DNA of 64,000 nucleotides, taken from assembly GCA_024679065.1 (NCBI GenBank), contig JAGIQG010000011.1, positions 74,710,001 through 74,774,000 on the forward strand, in the 5' to 3' direction. The translations under genes and the position numbers were made by a program. Under the pieces are notes generated by a model. The model had not been told where the DNA came from. It was given only the letters and a program-made list of their open reading frames with translations, and did not search any database. Shown here piece after piece: positions 22,466-35,252 of this stretch (position 1 is its first letter; every line of letters starts with the position of its first letter). The stretch comes from Sphyrna mokarran (lineage: Eukaryota).

Positions 22466-24384
22466 TATAAATGTTAATGAATGTCTACTGCTCTGTTCTT
22501 GGTGAACCTTTCTGTATTTGGGCTTCTTATGATTCTTTATAAATTACTTTAATCCAGTGCTTCCAGGAATGTATAGAAATTACAAACATAAATTGACCAT
22601 TCGATCCAAATTATATTAGTATTTTCCCTCCATAAGGTGTCTTGCAACATGTTGATTCTCTGATACTTGTGCCTGAAATTTCTTTATTTTACTCCTAACT
22701 ATCTTGACCATTATTGATTTTATGTTCCGTTGCACTGTATCAGTTTTTAATAAGTGAAGTAATCAAAACAAATGCAAATAATTACATTGAATTTTCATAC
22801 ATCAGGATGTTGGTACTGATATTCTCATCATTTTCTTTTTCCTTGCAGCTGAGAGCTTGTGTGGAACATAAAGGTGAGAGTTTTTTCAACCCATGCTAAG
22901 GGTTTTAAAGAGTTTAATGCGCCCTTATGGATCAAGTTTAAGTTTCTATTAGAAAGGATCAGTTTTTCCAAAATCAATGTCATCCACATAAACATTACAC
23001 CACTGGGAAAAAGCTTGGGCCTGAACTCATTTCCAATTCAATAAGACAGAATTTGAATCTGATGAAGAGGAGACCGTGTAGGTATTCTTGTCAGCCTAAG
23101 GCTGGACCTCAGGAATATTCAGGAAGAAAACAGCCAAGAATCTACAATAATTGGCTGCTTAATTATCTCTGTTGTTTTGAAAACTATTGCTAATTCAAAG
23201 AGACCTATTTAGGAATTTGCAGCATTTAGAGGTAGCTGTGTGTTACATTACCACCGTTAATATCAGGAATAGGATTTCCCCATTGAGAATAATTAATCCA
23301 AATAAATGGACTTCAACTGAATGCAAGGCTTGAGGTATTGATGTATTTTTCAAATGGGGAGTCTAGCCATTTGACTTCAAATCATTTATTCTTAGAATCC
23401 TATATATCAAACATTTACTTTTGTATATTTAATGATTGATGGGATTCATTATGAGATGGCTGAAATGTTTCCAGTTGCGGATACATACACGCATGATATA
23501 TTTTGAAGTGTGGACTGCCCCTTTAACAACGAGATCAGGTGACCCCTGGGCTGTTAGCTCCACCCAGTACGGGAGCCTGTTGGGCAGCTGTAGACCTGAC
23601 TGTGAATGAGTGCATGTCTTTAATAAACAGCTCCCAATATTGAAGTGTTCAAGTCTACCTTGTGATTCTTTAAACCCCTCAGTCCACAGCGGGGAATACA
23701 GAATATTGTGCTTTGCTTGTGCTCTGCACCAATTTTGTCCATTCTTCTCGGAAGACACTGGGGTATAAATTTACTGAGGTCGATCACACTAAATGAGCAA
23801 CACTGCTTTACACTCCCCTTCCCCCAATTTTTGTATCCATTGACTTCAACAGAAAAGCTCATGAACACCTGTGTAAACAGGTTTCCAATGTATTCTCTTT
23901 CTGCATTATTGCCCAAGACAAGTTTGCACTCCATTGCATCATGCAGGTTGATGCTTGTCGCTGTCTCACAGTTTGATTAAGCGCACATTTTTCACGTATG
24001 CCCTTAAGCAACAACTGTCAGAAGGATCATTTATCCCTGGGGACAAATTCAAGGCACATTGTGCCCCAAACTGATCTCTACATTAATACGCATTCTGCTG
24101 CATTGCTGTTTACCCTCTCCTTAGTTCCAGAGTACCGTGGTCAATTATGGCATTGTTACTGTCAACCTGTACTGCAATAAGGAATTGGCCTTTGCTCTCT
24201 TTCTGATCTGAGATTCAGTTACACATTATAGCTGCCAGCTACGTTCACCAGTACAAGATAACAGAATAGCAGAGGTGAAGAAGCATCAACAAGAATTTAA
24301 CAGAAACACAAGAAAAACACAAGAAAAACACTCTCCTGACTCACCATGAGCTGTTCCCTTAAAGATCCTTCCTTATAAGCATCT

Positions 24385-25867
24385 TGCAGCCAGGTTTGGC
24401 TTTGATCTTCATGTCGTCGTTAGCTACAGGTATAGTGCCGGAAGACTGGAGGATGGCAAATGTTGTCCCTCTTTTCAAGAAGGGGAGTAGGGACCATCCT
24501 GGAAATTATAGACCGGTGAGCCTGACTTCTGTTGTGGGCAAGGTCTTGGAAAGAATTATAAGGGATAGGATTTATAAGCATCTAGAGAGAAATAAATTGA
24601 TTAGGGATAGTCAGCACGGTTTTGTGAAGGGTAGGTCGTGCCTCACAAACCTTATTGAGTTTTTTGAGGAGGTGACCAAAGAGGTAGATAAGGGTAAGGC
24701 AGTTGATGTAGTGTATATGGATTTTAGCAAAGCGTTTGATAAGGTTCCCCATGGTAGGCTACTGCAGAAAGTGCAGATGCATGGGATTGAAGGTGATTTA
24801 GCAGTTTGGATTAGGAATTGGCTAGCTGATAGAAGACAGAGGGTGGTGGTTGATGGGAAATATTCAACCTGGAGTGCAGTTACAAGTGGTGTATCTCAAG
24901 GATCTGTTTTAGGGCCACTGCTGTTTGTCATTTTTATAAATGACCTAGATGAGGGTGTAGAGGGTTGGATTAGTAAATTTGCTGACGATACCAAAGTGGG
25001 GGGAGTTGTAGACAGCGAGGATGGATGTTACAGTTTGCAGAGGGACATAGATAGGTTGCAGAGCTGGGCCGTGAGGTGGCAAATGGAATTCAATACGGAT
25101 AAGTGTGAGGTGATTCACTTTGGTAGGAATAACAGGCATATGAAATATAGGGCTAATGGAAGGACCCTTAATAGTGTTGTCGAGCAGAGGGATCTTGGGG
25201 TACAAGTACATAGCTCTTTGAAAGTTGGCACCCAGGTTGATAAAGTTGTTAAGAAGGCGTACGGTGTGTTAGCTTTTATTGGTAGAGGGATTGAATTTAG
25301 GAGCCGTGAGGTTATGTTACAACTGTACAAAACTCTGGTGCGGCCGCACTTGGAGTATTGCGTACAGTTCTGGTCACTGCATTATAAGAAAGATGTGGAA
25401 GCATTGGAAAGGGTGCAGAGGAGGTTTACCAGGATGTTGCCGGGTATGGTGGGAAGGCCTTATGAGGAAAGGCTGAGGGACCTGAGGTTATTTTCATTAG
25501 AGAGAAGAAGGTTACGCAGTGACCTAATTGAGGCGTATAGATGATCAAGGGATTGGATAGGGTGGATAGTGAGAGCCTTTTTCCTCGGATGGTGATGACC
25601 AACACGAGGGGACATAACTTTAAATTAAGGGGTGGTAGTTATAGGATGGATGTCAGAGGCAGGTTCTTCACACAGAGGGTGGTGAGGGCGTGGAATGCCC
25701 TGCCTGCAGCAGTTGTGGACTCACCTACTTTGGGGGCATTCAAATGTTCAGTGGATAGGCATATGGATGATATTGGAATAGTTTAGGTTAGAGGGTCCAC
25801 TGGCCGGCGCAACATCGAGGGCCGAAGGGCCTGTACTGCGCTGTAATGTTCTATGTTCTATGTTCTA
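24385..25867 (+). mobile_element. Young 5'-truncated CR1/HER1-like LINE (RT to 3' end)
   Basis: 386-aa and 81-aa ORFs joined by one frameshift near 25541; full RT motif set; tail GGCCGAAGGGCCTGTACTGCGCTGTA(ATGTTCT)3. Confidence 0.96.
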
Positions 25868-26364
25868 GGTGCATCTGTCATACTTCTGACTTTCCATGAC
25901 AAAATATCTTTCATTCCTCACTAACTTTTCCCAATCTTGATAGCATTGTCTCTTCCTAAAGGCAGCTGCTGGAGATTTACCAGCTAAAGAAACTTTTCTC
26001 AACAATTTGCTTCTAATTTCTAATGTCAAAAGTACCTTCTTGGATGCAAAGAACTTTGGGCACCTTGAGGTTGTGAAAGATGCTATATAAATGGCAAATT
26101 TTTTTTTTGCAATTGACTTATGTATGTGCATTATTAACACTGTTTCCCCACAGGAAGTATTTGAACAGTCATCTTAAAAGTCTAGGCCAGATTAATCTAA
26201 TTTGAACTCAGCAATGAAATATCACTCTTGGGCAGGTGATTCCAGGAGTGGGGTTCGATCTCTGGACTTGAGCTTGCTGGTATTTTTCTCTCAGGCTCCC
26301 GTTCCAGGCCTCCTCTTGTCACCAGGTGTCCTTGAAGAATTGTGCCCCTTCAATCTGGAGGACA

Positions 26365-26535
26365 ATTTAGCATGGCAAATCAACTGAACCACACATCTTT
26401 GGATTGTGGGAGGAAACTATGCAGACTAGGAGAGAATATCTGTGTGGAGTTTGCACAGTCACCAAAGGCTGGATCTGAAACTGGATCCCTGGAGCAATGA
26501 GGCAGCAGTGTTAACCGTTGTATCACCATGCCGTC
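26365..26535 (-). mobile_element. HE1-type V-SINE fragment
   Basis: CATCTTTGGATTGTGGGAGGAAAC...GAGGCAGCAGTGTTAACC. Confidence 0.7.
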
Positions 26536-26539
26536 CATA

Positions 26540-27190
26540 TTTTGTAGGATACTGGCCCAATCCTAGAGTCAACTGTTCCTGGTAGTCATGCAGGACCCTT
26601 TGCATAATGACCAAAGGGGAGTAGGTTTCATTTTAGCCAGCATTCCCCAGGCTTTAATGTCTATGTAGCAATTCTTGAGGTCAGCCTTCATGGTTTCTTT
26701 GAAATGCCTCCTGTTTCCTCCTCTTGTTCAGAAGTCTTCATTAAACTAGGCAAAAATGATTTGTTTTAGCATTGGGGATTCTGACATCCTAAGCACATGG
26801 CCAGCCCAACAGAGTTGGTTTCTGTTGATCATGGCCTTGATTCTGGTACTTTTAACTCTTTCAAGTACACTGATGTTAGTGTGCCTATTCTCCCAGGTGA
26901 TGCAGAGAGTCCATCTCAATCAGTATTGTTTGTACTTCCATATTTGCTCCTGTAGAACAGATACAGGGCTGGATCCATGAAGGCCAAGTCTAAATACTAC
27001 CCACCAAGCTCATGATGACTGTATAACCTTCCCATGCATTTGCTGGGCCAGCTCAGTGAAGATGTGTTTTGATGACAAATTATAAAGCACACCATCACAA
27101 TCTTGATTCTACTGCCTGGACAGATGTCACACACTTCAATGGTTTGCTATAAGATGTCTAATGGTAGCGTGGAATAGATGTGAAACAGTC
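26540..27190 (-). mobile_element. RTE-clade LINE, degenerate C-terminal region
   Basis: Reverse complement translates LRWTLCITWENRHTNISVLERV...QLCWAGHVLRMSE and RGGNRRHFKETMKADLKNC, typical of the RTE ORF end. Confidence 0.8.
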
Positions 27191-27954
27191 GCAGAACAAA
27201 GCCACTGAGAATGAAGACACAGCAGCATCGAGAATGCCGGGAGCTAACAGTTAACCTCCAGCAATTTATGAAAAGACTACCACTTAGTGTAACAAATGCT
27301 AATTCCATTTAAAAGGGAAACAGATGAATTCCTAATGCAAAAAATGATAAAGGAATATGGATTTTCAAAAGGGAAATGATGAAAAATAATCATATTACAG
27401 GAAGAGATGTGAATCATACAATGAATTGAATGCTTATTTTGCAACAATTTTTGCCATGACAGTGGTGCACTCATTGTGAGACGAAAACAAGACAGCTTTG
27501 CTGGGAAAATAAATCAATAGGGTCATTTTCTTTGTTGACATAATAGCATCAGATCTTTGGTGGGATGAGACACCTACTCATTGTGGCTGTGCTCTGACCT
27601 GAGCCAATTTTCCGAGGTCAGAGTAGTTTGAATAATTTGGCCAGTCTCCAGTGCCACATTATAGCCAGCAGCTCTTAATTATTTTTTCATTCCTTAATTT
27701 TAATTTTACTACCTTGCTCTGTGACCTATTGCACTAGGCTAAGACAGCTCTTTAAAATTTAAAACTCAACCCTGCAGCCCCTAGCAACCCAATGCATCAG
27801 AAACACATGGCAATTCCTTGCTCCAAGCGTTGCTAAGGTTCAATGATCAGAACTGTGTGATGAGTTTCCTATTATTTGCATGTAATTGCAATGCAGCTGC
27901 CTATTTATTTGAACAGGCTTGAGGTACATTTCACGTCCATCATTACAGAGGATG

Positions 27955-28850
27955 AGAAAATAATACAGCACAGAAAGAGGCCATTTAGGAGAACTAACAT
28001 CTCCCACTCCCTAGTTCCTATCCCATAGCCCTCCACCACCTCTTGCCTTCAAAGTATTTTCCAATTTCCCCTTTGAATGTTTCTTTTGAATTTACTTCCA
28101 TTACTCTTTCAGGCATTGCGTTCTAATTCAAAGCTGGATGTGTTAAATAAAAATATTCTCATGTCAACTCTGGTTTGTTTGCCAATAACCTTAAATTGTG
28201 TCCTATGATTACCAAACATTCTGCCACTGCTATCAAAACCATTTCATAGTTTCAAACTGTATCAAATCTCTTCTTAACTTTCTCTGCTCTGAGGAGAGCA
28301 GTCACAATCTTTCTATATAATTGAAATCCCTCAGCACCAATACTCTTCAATATGAGTTCCAAGGCTTAGATGTCCTTCCTAATGTTTAATACCCAGAATT
28401 GAATATAATACTACAGCTGAGGCCTAACTAGCCTATTACAAAGGTCCGACATGTTACCTTCCTTGCTTTAGAATTTGTGCCACCATTAATAAAGACAAAG
28501 ACTTGTGTTCTTTTACAATAATCTTTCTAACTTTTTTTTATTACATCTTTAAAGTTGAAAACCAATGCTCGGAATGGGCCAGGCAAACCCAAGTCCATTC
28601 CTTCCTTGCTTCAAAAACAAAATTCAAATTGCAATTGAATCTAATTCATGGTCCCCACAAGAGAGACAAACAAAATGCATGCTGACAAGATACAGCATTG
28701 CATCCCATCTTGGGTTTGATCTGATGCTTGATCTTAACCAAAAAGGCTGACAACTATCTTTACAACCTATCCTGACATCTTCAAAGATTTGTGTCTGTAT
28801 AATCCCCTTCCACTACCTAAGTTTCCCAGTTCTTACACCCATTTTAAAAT
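27955..28850 (-). mobile_element. Old CR1 3' fragment(s)
   Basis: Reverse complement of CR1 tail (ACAGCACAGAAAGAGGCCATT) and LVRPQL...QFW-like remnant near 28390-28430. Confidence 0.6.
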
Positions 28851-28880
28851 TTTGCCACTTATTACACTTTATTCAAATGA

Positions 28881-29080
28881 TTAAAGATGGCACCCGGATG
28901 CGGCAACTTTTTGTGAGCTGTTTCTAGCATGCCCTCTAATTCTATGCTTTTAAAACTGTACCACGCTATATTCTGCACCCTCTCCTTTCCATCTCCCCTA
29001 CAAACTTTATGTTTTGACTGGAGAGCACACAAGAAACAATACTTTCCACTATATCCCAATTCATGTGACAATAAATCAAA
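28881..29080 (+). mobile_element. Short non-autonomous element carrying a Rex1/Babar-type 3' end
   Basis: Begins TTAAAGATGGCAC; 3' part TATTCTGCACCCT...CAAGAAACAATACTTTCCACT...GTGACAATAAATCAAA matches the end of the LINE at 43800-43922. Confidence 0.65.
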
Positions 29081-30548
29081 GCTTTACCATAATTTTGAGT
29101 CCTTGAGTGCACAGTAGGTTTTGGTGTGTTTTTTTTTAAAACATGAGAACACACGTAGCGTTGTGGTGCCAAGGAACCAGGTTTCAGTCACTGCAGGTTC
29201 CTGATTGGGCTATGTAAATATATGGGCATGTCCTTGCCCCAGGAAAAAAAGCCTGTGTGACCAAGTTCCAGGTTACACCATCCTTAAGCTGGAAACCTGC
29301 GTATTGGGTTGCAGACTTCTGAAAGTTTCTACACCTGAATCATCCCTATTCCTGCACATCATTGCGTTTCTATCATGAAGATTGACACCTTGGTAAATGG
29401 ACCACGTCAGCCTTATTAGCAGAACGTACTTTGTGGTTATTCATCAACAAATGGTGAAACTGTGTGTCCTGACTCACTCAGTCAATTCAGATCATTATTA
29501 AAGTTAATTTGTGTCAGTGGTTAACTTTTGATAAACCATCCTTTTAGTAAGCAATCAAAATGCAAATAATGAAGCCATTGTGGTTAATCAGTATGTGTTT
29601 TGTAACAAAACTACACCAAGTAAACATTATAAAAGGGATTCATTTAAAACCAAATTTTAATTGCAAACTTGTCACAAGGGCAGTTTATTTAGAACAGACC
29701 TTTAGTGGCATGTTTTCAAATGATATGCATTCAGAATATTGAACTGAACTGGAACAGTTTTAAAATGAATTTCAATTGCCTATGTAAATTCATTAGATAA
29801 AGAGAAACTTATAATTTGAAAGGCCCAAATACCAAAAGACAGTGCAATGTTGTAAGCTGCAAATTATAATAGCAGTTAGATTAGAATTCAGTATTTTTCA
29901 AACAAGCAACATAACTATGCAAACACAATCTACTTGAATTCGACACAGAATCTTTTTTGGGAGAATTCTGGTCATAGACTTTTGGACGAGATATCAAACC
30001 CAAGCTCGGTCTGCTCTCCCAACTGGATGTAACATATCCTGTAGAATAATTTGAAGAGAAGTATAGCTCTCTGTGTCCATCCATCCAATGCGGGAAATAT
30101 GCATGTTTCTCCAGTGTACTCCTGCCCTAGCACTCTCCATTTGTAGTACGAAATCATATTTGATCCCAATTAAATGCATCCACATTATCCACAATGTGAT
30201 TAGAATTTATAGAATATCTTCTATTTATCTTTGACTGCATTGTAACACATGACTTTGGTTGTCCTGTGTTTCTGACTTTATCAAAAACATCTCCCCAACA
30301 GATGACTCTCTCTCCTTGCTGCACAAGGGAATGTTACAGTGAAACTATTGCACAAATTTATTAATGCTGAATAAACTCTTAGACTTGGAAAATGTGTTTC
30401 AAGTTAGTTCTTCAATGGCTGGTTTGCCAACCCAAGGAACCCGGCCAGGAATGTGCTGAACTTCTCTGCCTGACATTCGTTCCAATGGTGCAGAGCAGTT
30501 GCACCTTGTGTTCATTTTATCTTTATTTTTTTTTAATGGGTTGTGCAT

Positions 30549-31935
30549 CATAGAGATTTACAGCATGGAAATAGGCCCATTGGCCAACTTATCCATGCTG
30601 CCCTTTTTTTAAGCCCCTTAGCCAGTCCCAATTGCCCGCATTTGGTCCATATCGCACTATATCCATTGCGCCCATTTAACTATTAAAATGCTTTTTGAAA
30701 GACAAAATTGTACCCGCCACTACTACTACTTCTGGCAGCTTGTTCCAGATACTCACCATCTTCTGTGTGAAAAAATTGCCTCTCTGAACAATTTTGTGTG
30801 TCTCCACTCTCACCTTGAACCTTTGCCCTCTAGTTTTAGACTCCCCTACCTTTGGGAAAAGATATTGACTATCTAGCTGATCTGTGCCTCTCATTATTTT
30901 ATAGGCCTCCATAAGATCACCCCTCAGTCTCCAATGCTCCAGAGAAAAAAGTCTCAGTTTATCCAGCCTCTCCTTATAACCCAAACCATCAAGTCTCTGT
31001 AGCATCCTAGTAAACCTTTTTTATATTCTTTTTAGTTTAATAATATCCTTCCTATAATAGGATGACTAGAACTGCACACAATATTCTAAGTGTAGCCTTA
31101 CCAATATCTTGTACAATGACAATATCATGTCCCGACTCCTGTATTCAATGTTCTGACCGACAAAACCAAACATGCTGAATGTCTACTTCACCACTCTGTC
31201 CACCTGTGATTCCACTTTCAAGGAGCTATGAACATGTACCCTTAGATCTCTTTGTCCTGTAACTCTCCCCAGTGCCCTACCATTAATTGAGTAAATCCTG
31301 CCCTGGTTCAATCTACCAAAATGTATCATTTTGCATTCGTCGAAATTAAACTCCATTTGCCATTCATCAGTTCACTGGCCCAATTGATCAAGATGCCATT
31401 GCAATTGCAGATACCTTTCTTCACTGTCCACTATGCCACCAATCTTGGTGTCACTTGCAAACTGACTAACCACACCTCCGACATTATCATTCCAATCATT
31501 AATATAAATGACAAGTAACAGTGGACCCAGCACTGATCACTGTGGCACACCACTGGTCACAGGCCTCCAGTTTGGAAAAACAACCCTCTACAACCACCCT
31601 CTGGTTTCTATTCAGGATGTAGAGATGCCGGCGTTGGACTGGGGTAAACTCAGTAAAGTTTCACAACACCAATTTTAAATCCAACCAATTTATTCATCAA
31701 ATAAATTGGTTGGATTTAAAATTGGTGTTGTGAAACTTTACTGAGTTCTATTCAGAAGCCAATTTTGTATCCATTTAAATACCTCACCCTGGATCCTGTG
31801 AGATTTAACCTTGTGGTACCTTGTCAAAAGCCCGGCTAAAGTCCACATAGACATCATCAGCTGCACTGCCCTTATCTATCTTCATGGTTAGCCCTTTAAA
31901 ACAAAACCTCAATCAAATTTGAGAGACATGATTTC
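30549..31935 (-). mobile_element. CR1 LINE, degenerate RT to 3' end, with internal hairpin insertion
   Basis: ORF LGYKERLDKLRLFSLEHWRLRGDL...NFFTQKMVSIWNKLP; upstream GVPQ/VLGP and DFSRAFDKVPQ remnants. Confidence 0.9.
31616..31745. mobile_element. 130-bp fold-back Penelope-terminus insertion with perfect 48-bp inverted repeat
   Basis: Arms 31647-31694 and 31700-31747, loop CATCA; TTCTATTCAG duplicated at 31606-31615 and 31746-31755; terminus GATGTAGAGATGCCGGCGTTGGACTGGGGTAAAC shared with 11575 and the reverse complement of 52240-52276. Confidence 0.85.
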
Positions 31936-31939
31936 GCTA

Positions 31940-32210
31940 GTAAAGCCAGCATTTGTTGCCCTTTCCTAATTACCCTTGAACTGAGTGGCTTGCTTGGCTG
32001 TGTGAGAGTAGTTAAGTGTCAACTACATTGCTGTTGATCTGGAGTCACATTGAGGCCAGACCAGGTGATGACAGTAGATTTCCTTCCCTAAAGGACATGA
32101 TTGAACCATAGTTTTTTTTTGCTGCAATGGATGAGCAGTGTTGTGGTCACCATTACTGAGACTCGTTTTATATTCCAGATTTATTGATTGAATTTAAATA
32201 TAACCACAGT
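31940..32210 (-). mobile_element. MetaSINE-like SINE
   Basis: TCTGGAGTCACATTGAGGCCAGACCAGG...AGATTTCCTTCCCTAAAGGACATG is the reverse complement of the core. Confidence 0.7.
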
Positions 32211-32563
32211 GAATCCCACTAGTAGCTACAGCATTCCGGGAACTGGGCTTTCCTTGGAATGAAAATTATGAGTCTTGGAATAAATCAGATATGCGATAGT
32301 ATGGATTTAAAAGAAGAAAGTCAAAGAGTCAGATTGCCACAGTGAACTGGGGAGTGTGTGTGTGGGGAATAGTGCCTCATTAAATGACATTTGCTGGAGA
32401 GCAATCCCCGCCTTTGTGAAGCAGATTGTATAAAATTCACTTTGGCCTGATAACTTATAATCTTTCAAACAACACGCATGTCAACAGCTTTTTAAAATGG
32501 CAGTTAGAATGTTAGCTTATCAATGTTTTACAAGAAGGAATATGTTTTTCTTTCACTGGTTAA

Positions 32564-32640
32564 TACAAACAAAGAACAACGCACACGGCACGGGAAACAG
32601 GCCCTTCGGCCCAACAAGCCTGCGCCGCCACCTCAACGTT
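32564..32640 (-). mobile_element. Very short CR1-type 3' tail, related to the end of 4790-7015
   Basis: CAAAGAACAACGCACACGGCACGGGAAACAGGCCCTTCGGCCCAACAAGCCTGCGCCGCCA closely matches 4791-4855. Confidence 0.75.
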
Positions 32641-32893
32641 CCCACTTCCACCCATGACCCTTGTCTATGAACCTCCAATCCTAACAGATTTGTTTGATGT
32701 TTAGAATGGAAGATATAATAAGCAACTCTCCAAATCAGCCAGGTAGTATTTCCGTGAACTTGAATAGAAGTGTTTCCCGATTTGCTGCAGGCCTGCATGT
32801 TTGTAGAGGGCAATACTCCTCACTCACAATTCGTGCAATGTGGCATGTTATCATCTAGCCAGCCATCAAATCGATGCGGAACACATCGCCATT

Positions 32894-33170
32894 TGCACGA
32901 TGGCACAGTGGTTAGCACCACTGCTTCACCGAGCCAGAGACAAGGATTCAATTCCCAGCTTGGATCACTGTCTGTGTGGAATTTATATATTCTCCCCGTT
33001 CTGCAGGGTTTCCTCCAGGGGCTCTGGTTTGCTCTCAGTGCTGATTAGAAACATTGGCTATGCTGAATTCTCCCTCAGTATAACCAGACAGGCACCGGAG
33101 TGTGGCAAAGGGCTTTTCACGGTAATTTTATTGCAGTGTTAATGTGGACACAATTAAATTTTTAAACTTT
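32894..33170 (+). mobile_element. HE1-type V-SINE
   Basis: GCACGATGGCACAGTGGTTAGCAC...GGATTCAATTCCCAGCTTGG...GGCTATGCTGAATTCTCCCTCAG. Confidence 0.85.
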
Positions 33171-33689
33171 TGCTCAGAGACTGCATATTTGGATCTTCTT
33201 GTACTACTTGATCGCACCCCCCACAAAAGAAAAGCTCACCGCCAACTTCCTTTGCTAAGACTGACAAATATTTAAAATACATTTTTATACATACTGAAAC
33301 AATATTGTCTCACATGCAGCCACTTTCAAGTTCCTATAAATTTGAATGTTGAGGTAGATTTCTTGCATGCTGCACAATATTAACTGTTGGCATGAGGCCA
33401 AAGCTGTACTTTGCTTATGCTAATTATTCCCACAAAATTGCATCAAGTCATCTCAGTGTGCAGTGAGCTAGCTTCATGCTGGCATTTTCAGCATAGGTTT
33501 TGCCATGAAATTAGCGCTTAAGATCTTGTGTACAGCAAGCTTTTCAGTCATGTTTTTCAGTTGCTCTTACTATAAGTCAAAGTTACTATAATCATCCCTA
33601 AATGTATCATAATTAATGCAAATTTCTCCTACTTATCTTTGATTTCTAACACATGACCTCTGTTCTCCCAGCTGTCTTTCTTTTGTTCA

Positions 33690-34615
33690 GAGGATGTGTG
33701 TATCGCTGGGAAGACCAGTATTTAATACCCAGGCTCAGTTGCCTCCACAAGGTGGTTTGCTAGGCCATTTCAGGTGGGCAGTTAAGTCAACCATATTGCT
33801 GTTGGGTCAGGGGTCAAATACAGGCCAAGACCAGTTCAGGGCAGAGGTTGATATGCAAAGAGACTTGGGCATATTTTTATAGGGAACACAAAATTAGCAT
33901 ACTGGAAGAACAAGTAATTAAGAAGCATGTTAGCCTTTGGTACCAAGGAACTGAAATACAAGAGCAAGGAAGTCTTACTATCATTGCTTTGGTAAAACCA
34001 CACCTGGAACAGTTTTGATCACCATAGTGCATCTAAGGAAGGATATACTCACAGCAAAATTTCACTAGATTGATTCCTGAGATTAAAGGGTTGTCCTACG
34101 GCTAGAGGTTAAGGAAATTGGGCCTTAGCTCTCTGAAGTTTAGAAGAATGAGTGGGATCTTATTGAAGCATGCATGATTCCAAAGGAGTTTGGCAAATTA
34201 GACATTGGGACGTTATTTGCCCAGGTTAGTGAACCATTAACTTATGTGCACAGCCTCAGGATAAGGAATTCAGTATTCAGAACTTAATGAGAAATTTTTT
34301 CACTTGGAGGGTTGAGACTATTTGGAATTCTGCACTCTAAAGGATTATGGCTGTTCCATTGATGAGCTTTCAAAATTAAGATAGATAGATTTTTGATGTC
34401 TCAAGGAAGATGGGGAACAGGTGGGAAAGTGTATTTGAGGCAGAAATTCAGCTTGAAGTTAATCAATGGCAGAACAGGCTTAAGGGGCCCAATAGTCTAT
34501 TTCTATGTCTATTTCTTAAGTTAACGGCATTAGTGAACCAGATGTGTTTTAATGACAATCAATTATAGAGGCAAGTTTTCAATTCCAGCTTTATTTAATT
34601 GAAGTTAAATTCCTG
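33690..34615 (-). mobile_element. MetaSINE-like SINE split by a + strand degenerate CR1 3' fragment (~33840-34520)
   Basis: SINE reverse complement at 33690-33835 (GTTAAGTCAACCATATTGCTG) resumes ~34520 (GGCATTAGTGAACCAGATG); the interval has QRDLG, LVKPHLE remnants and a CR1 tail. Confidence 0.7.
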
Positions 34616-34969
34616 CCACATTGTCAACAGTAACAGTTTCCTCTCTCTACATAAGAAAACATTGAATAAATTTTTATCCAATTAACATTGAATTTATCTC
34701 TTCAGCCAGAAGTGCTCCATGAAACATTTCTAAATTAATTCTTTATTCTTTCATTGCCCTCTCTCCATTGGTGGGCCTATGACCTTTGACTCCAAAGCAT
34801 CATAATCAGTCCTGCAATCCATCCAACCATAAGATTAACAAATTCATAAAATCTCACTTCGTAATCAGCCACCATATTATTTAAATATTATCCATATATT
34901 CTGCAGCGCTCACTGCAATCAGCTTAACTACTCCAACCCCAATACTTTTGTATAGCACTCTCCCAGTTT

Positions 34970-35252
34970 CAAGTTTATTTATTAGTATCAGAAGTAGTCT
35001 TACATTAACATTGCAATGAAGTTACCGTGAAAATCCCTAAATTGCCACACTCGGGCACCTGTTCAGATACACAGAGAATTTAGCAATGGCCAATGCACCT
35101 AACCAGCACTCCTTTTGGGTTGTGGGAAGAAACAAGAGCATGGAGAAATCCCACTGACATGGGAAGGATGTGCAAATTCCAGTGACCCAAGCCAGGAATT
35201 GAACCGGGGTCCTGATACTGAGGGGTAGCAGTGCTAATCATCATGCCACCCT
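34970..35252 (-). mobile_element. HE1-type V-SINE
   Basis: AAGTTTATTTATTAG tail reverse complement; GGCCAATGCACCTAACCAGCAC; GGAATTGAACCGGGGTCC. Confidence 0.85.

Noticed and set aside
24384-25786. 386-aa RT ORF as a host gene
   Set aside because: 5'-truncated CR1 with a frameshift and an (ATGTTCT)n tail.
29224-29233. p53 half-site GGGCATGTCC
   Set aside because: Only one half-site; no adjacent second decamer.
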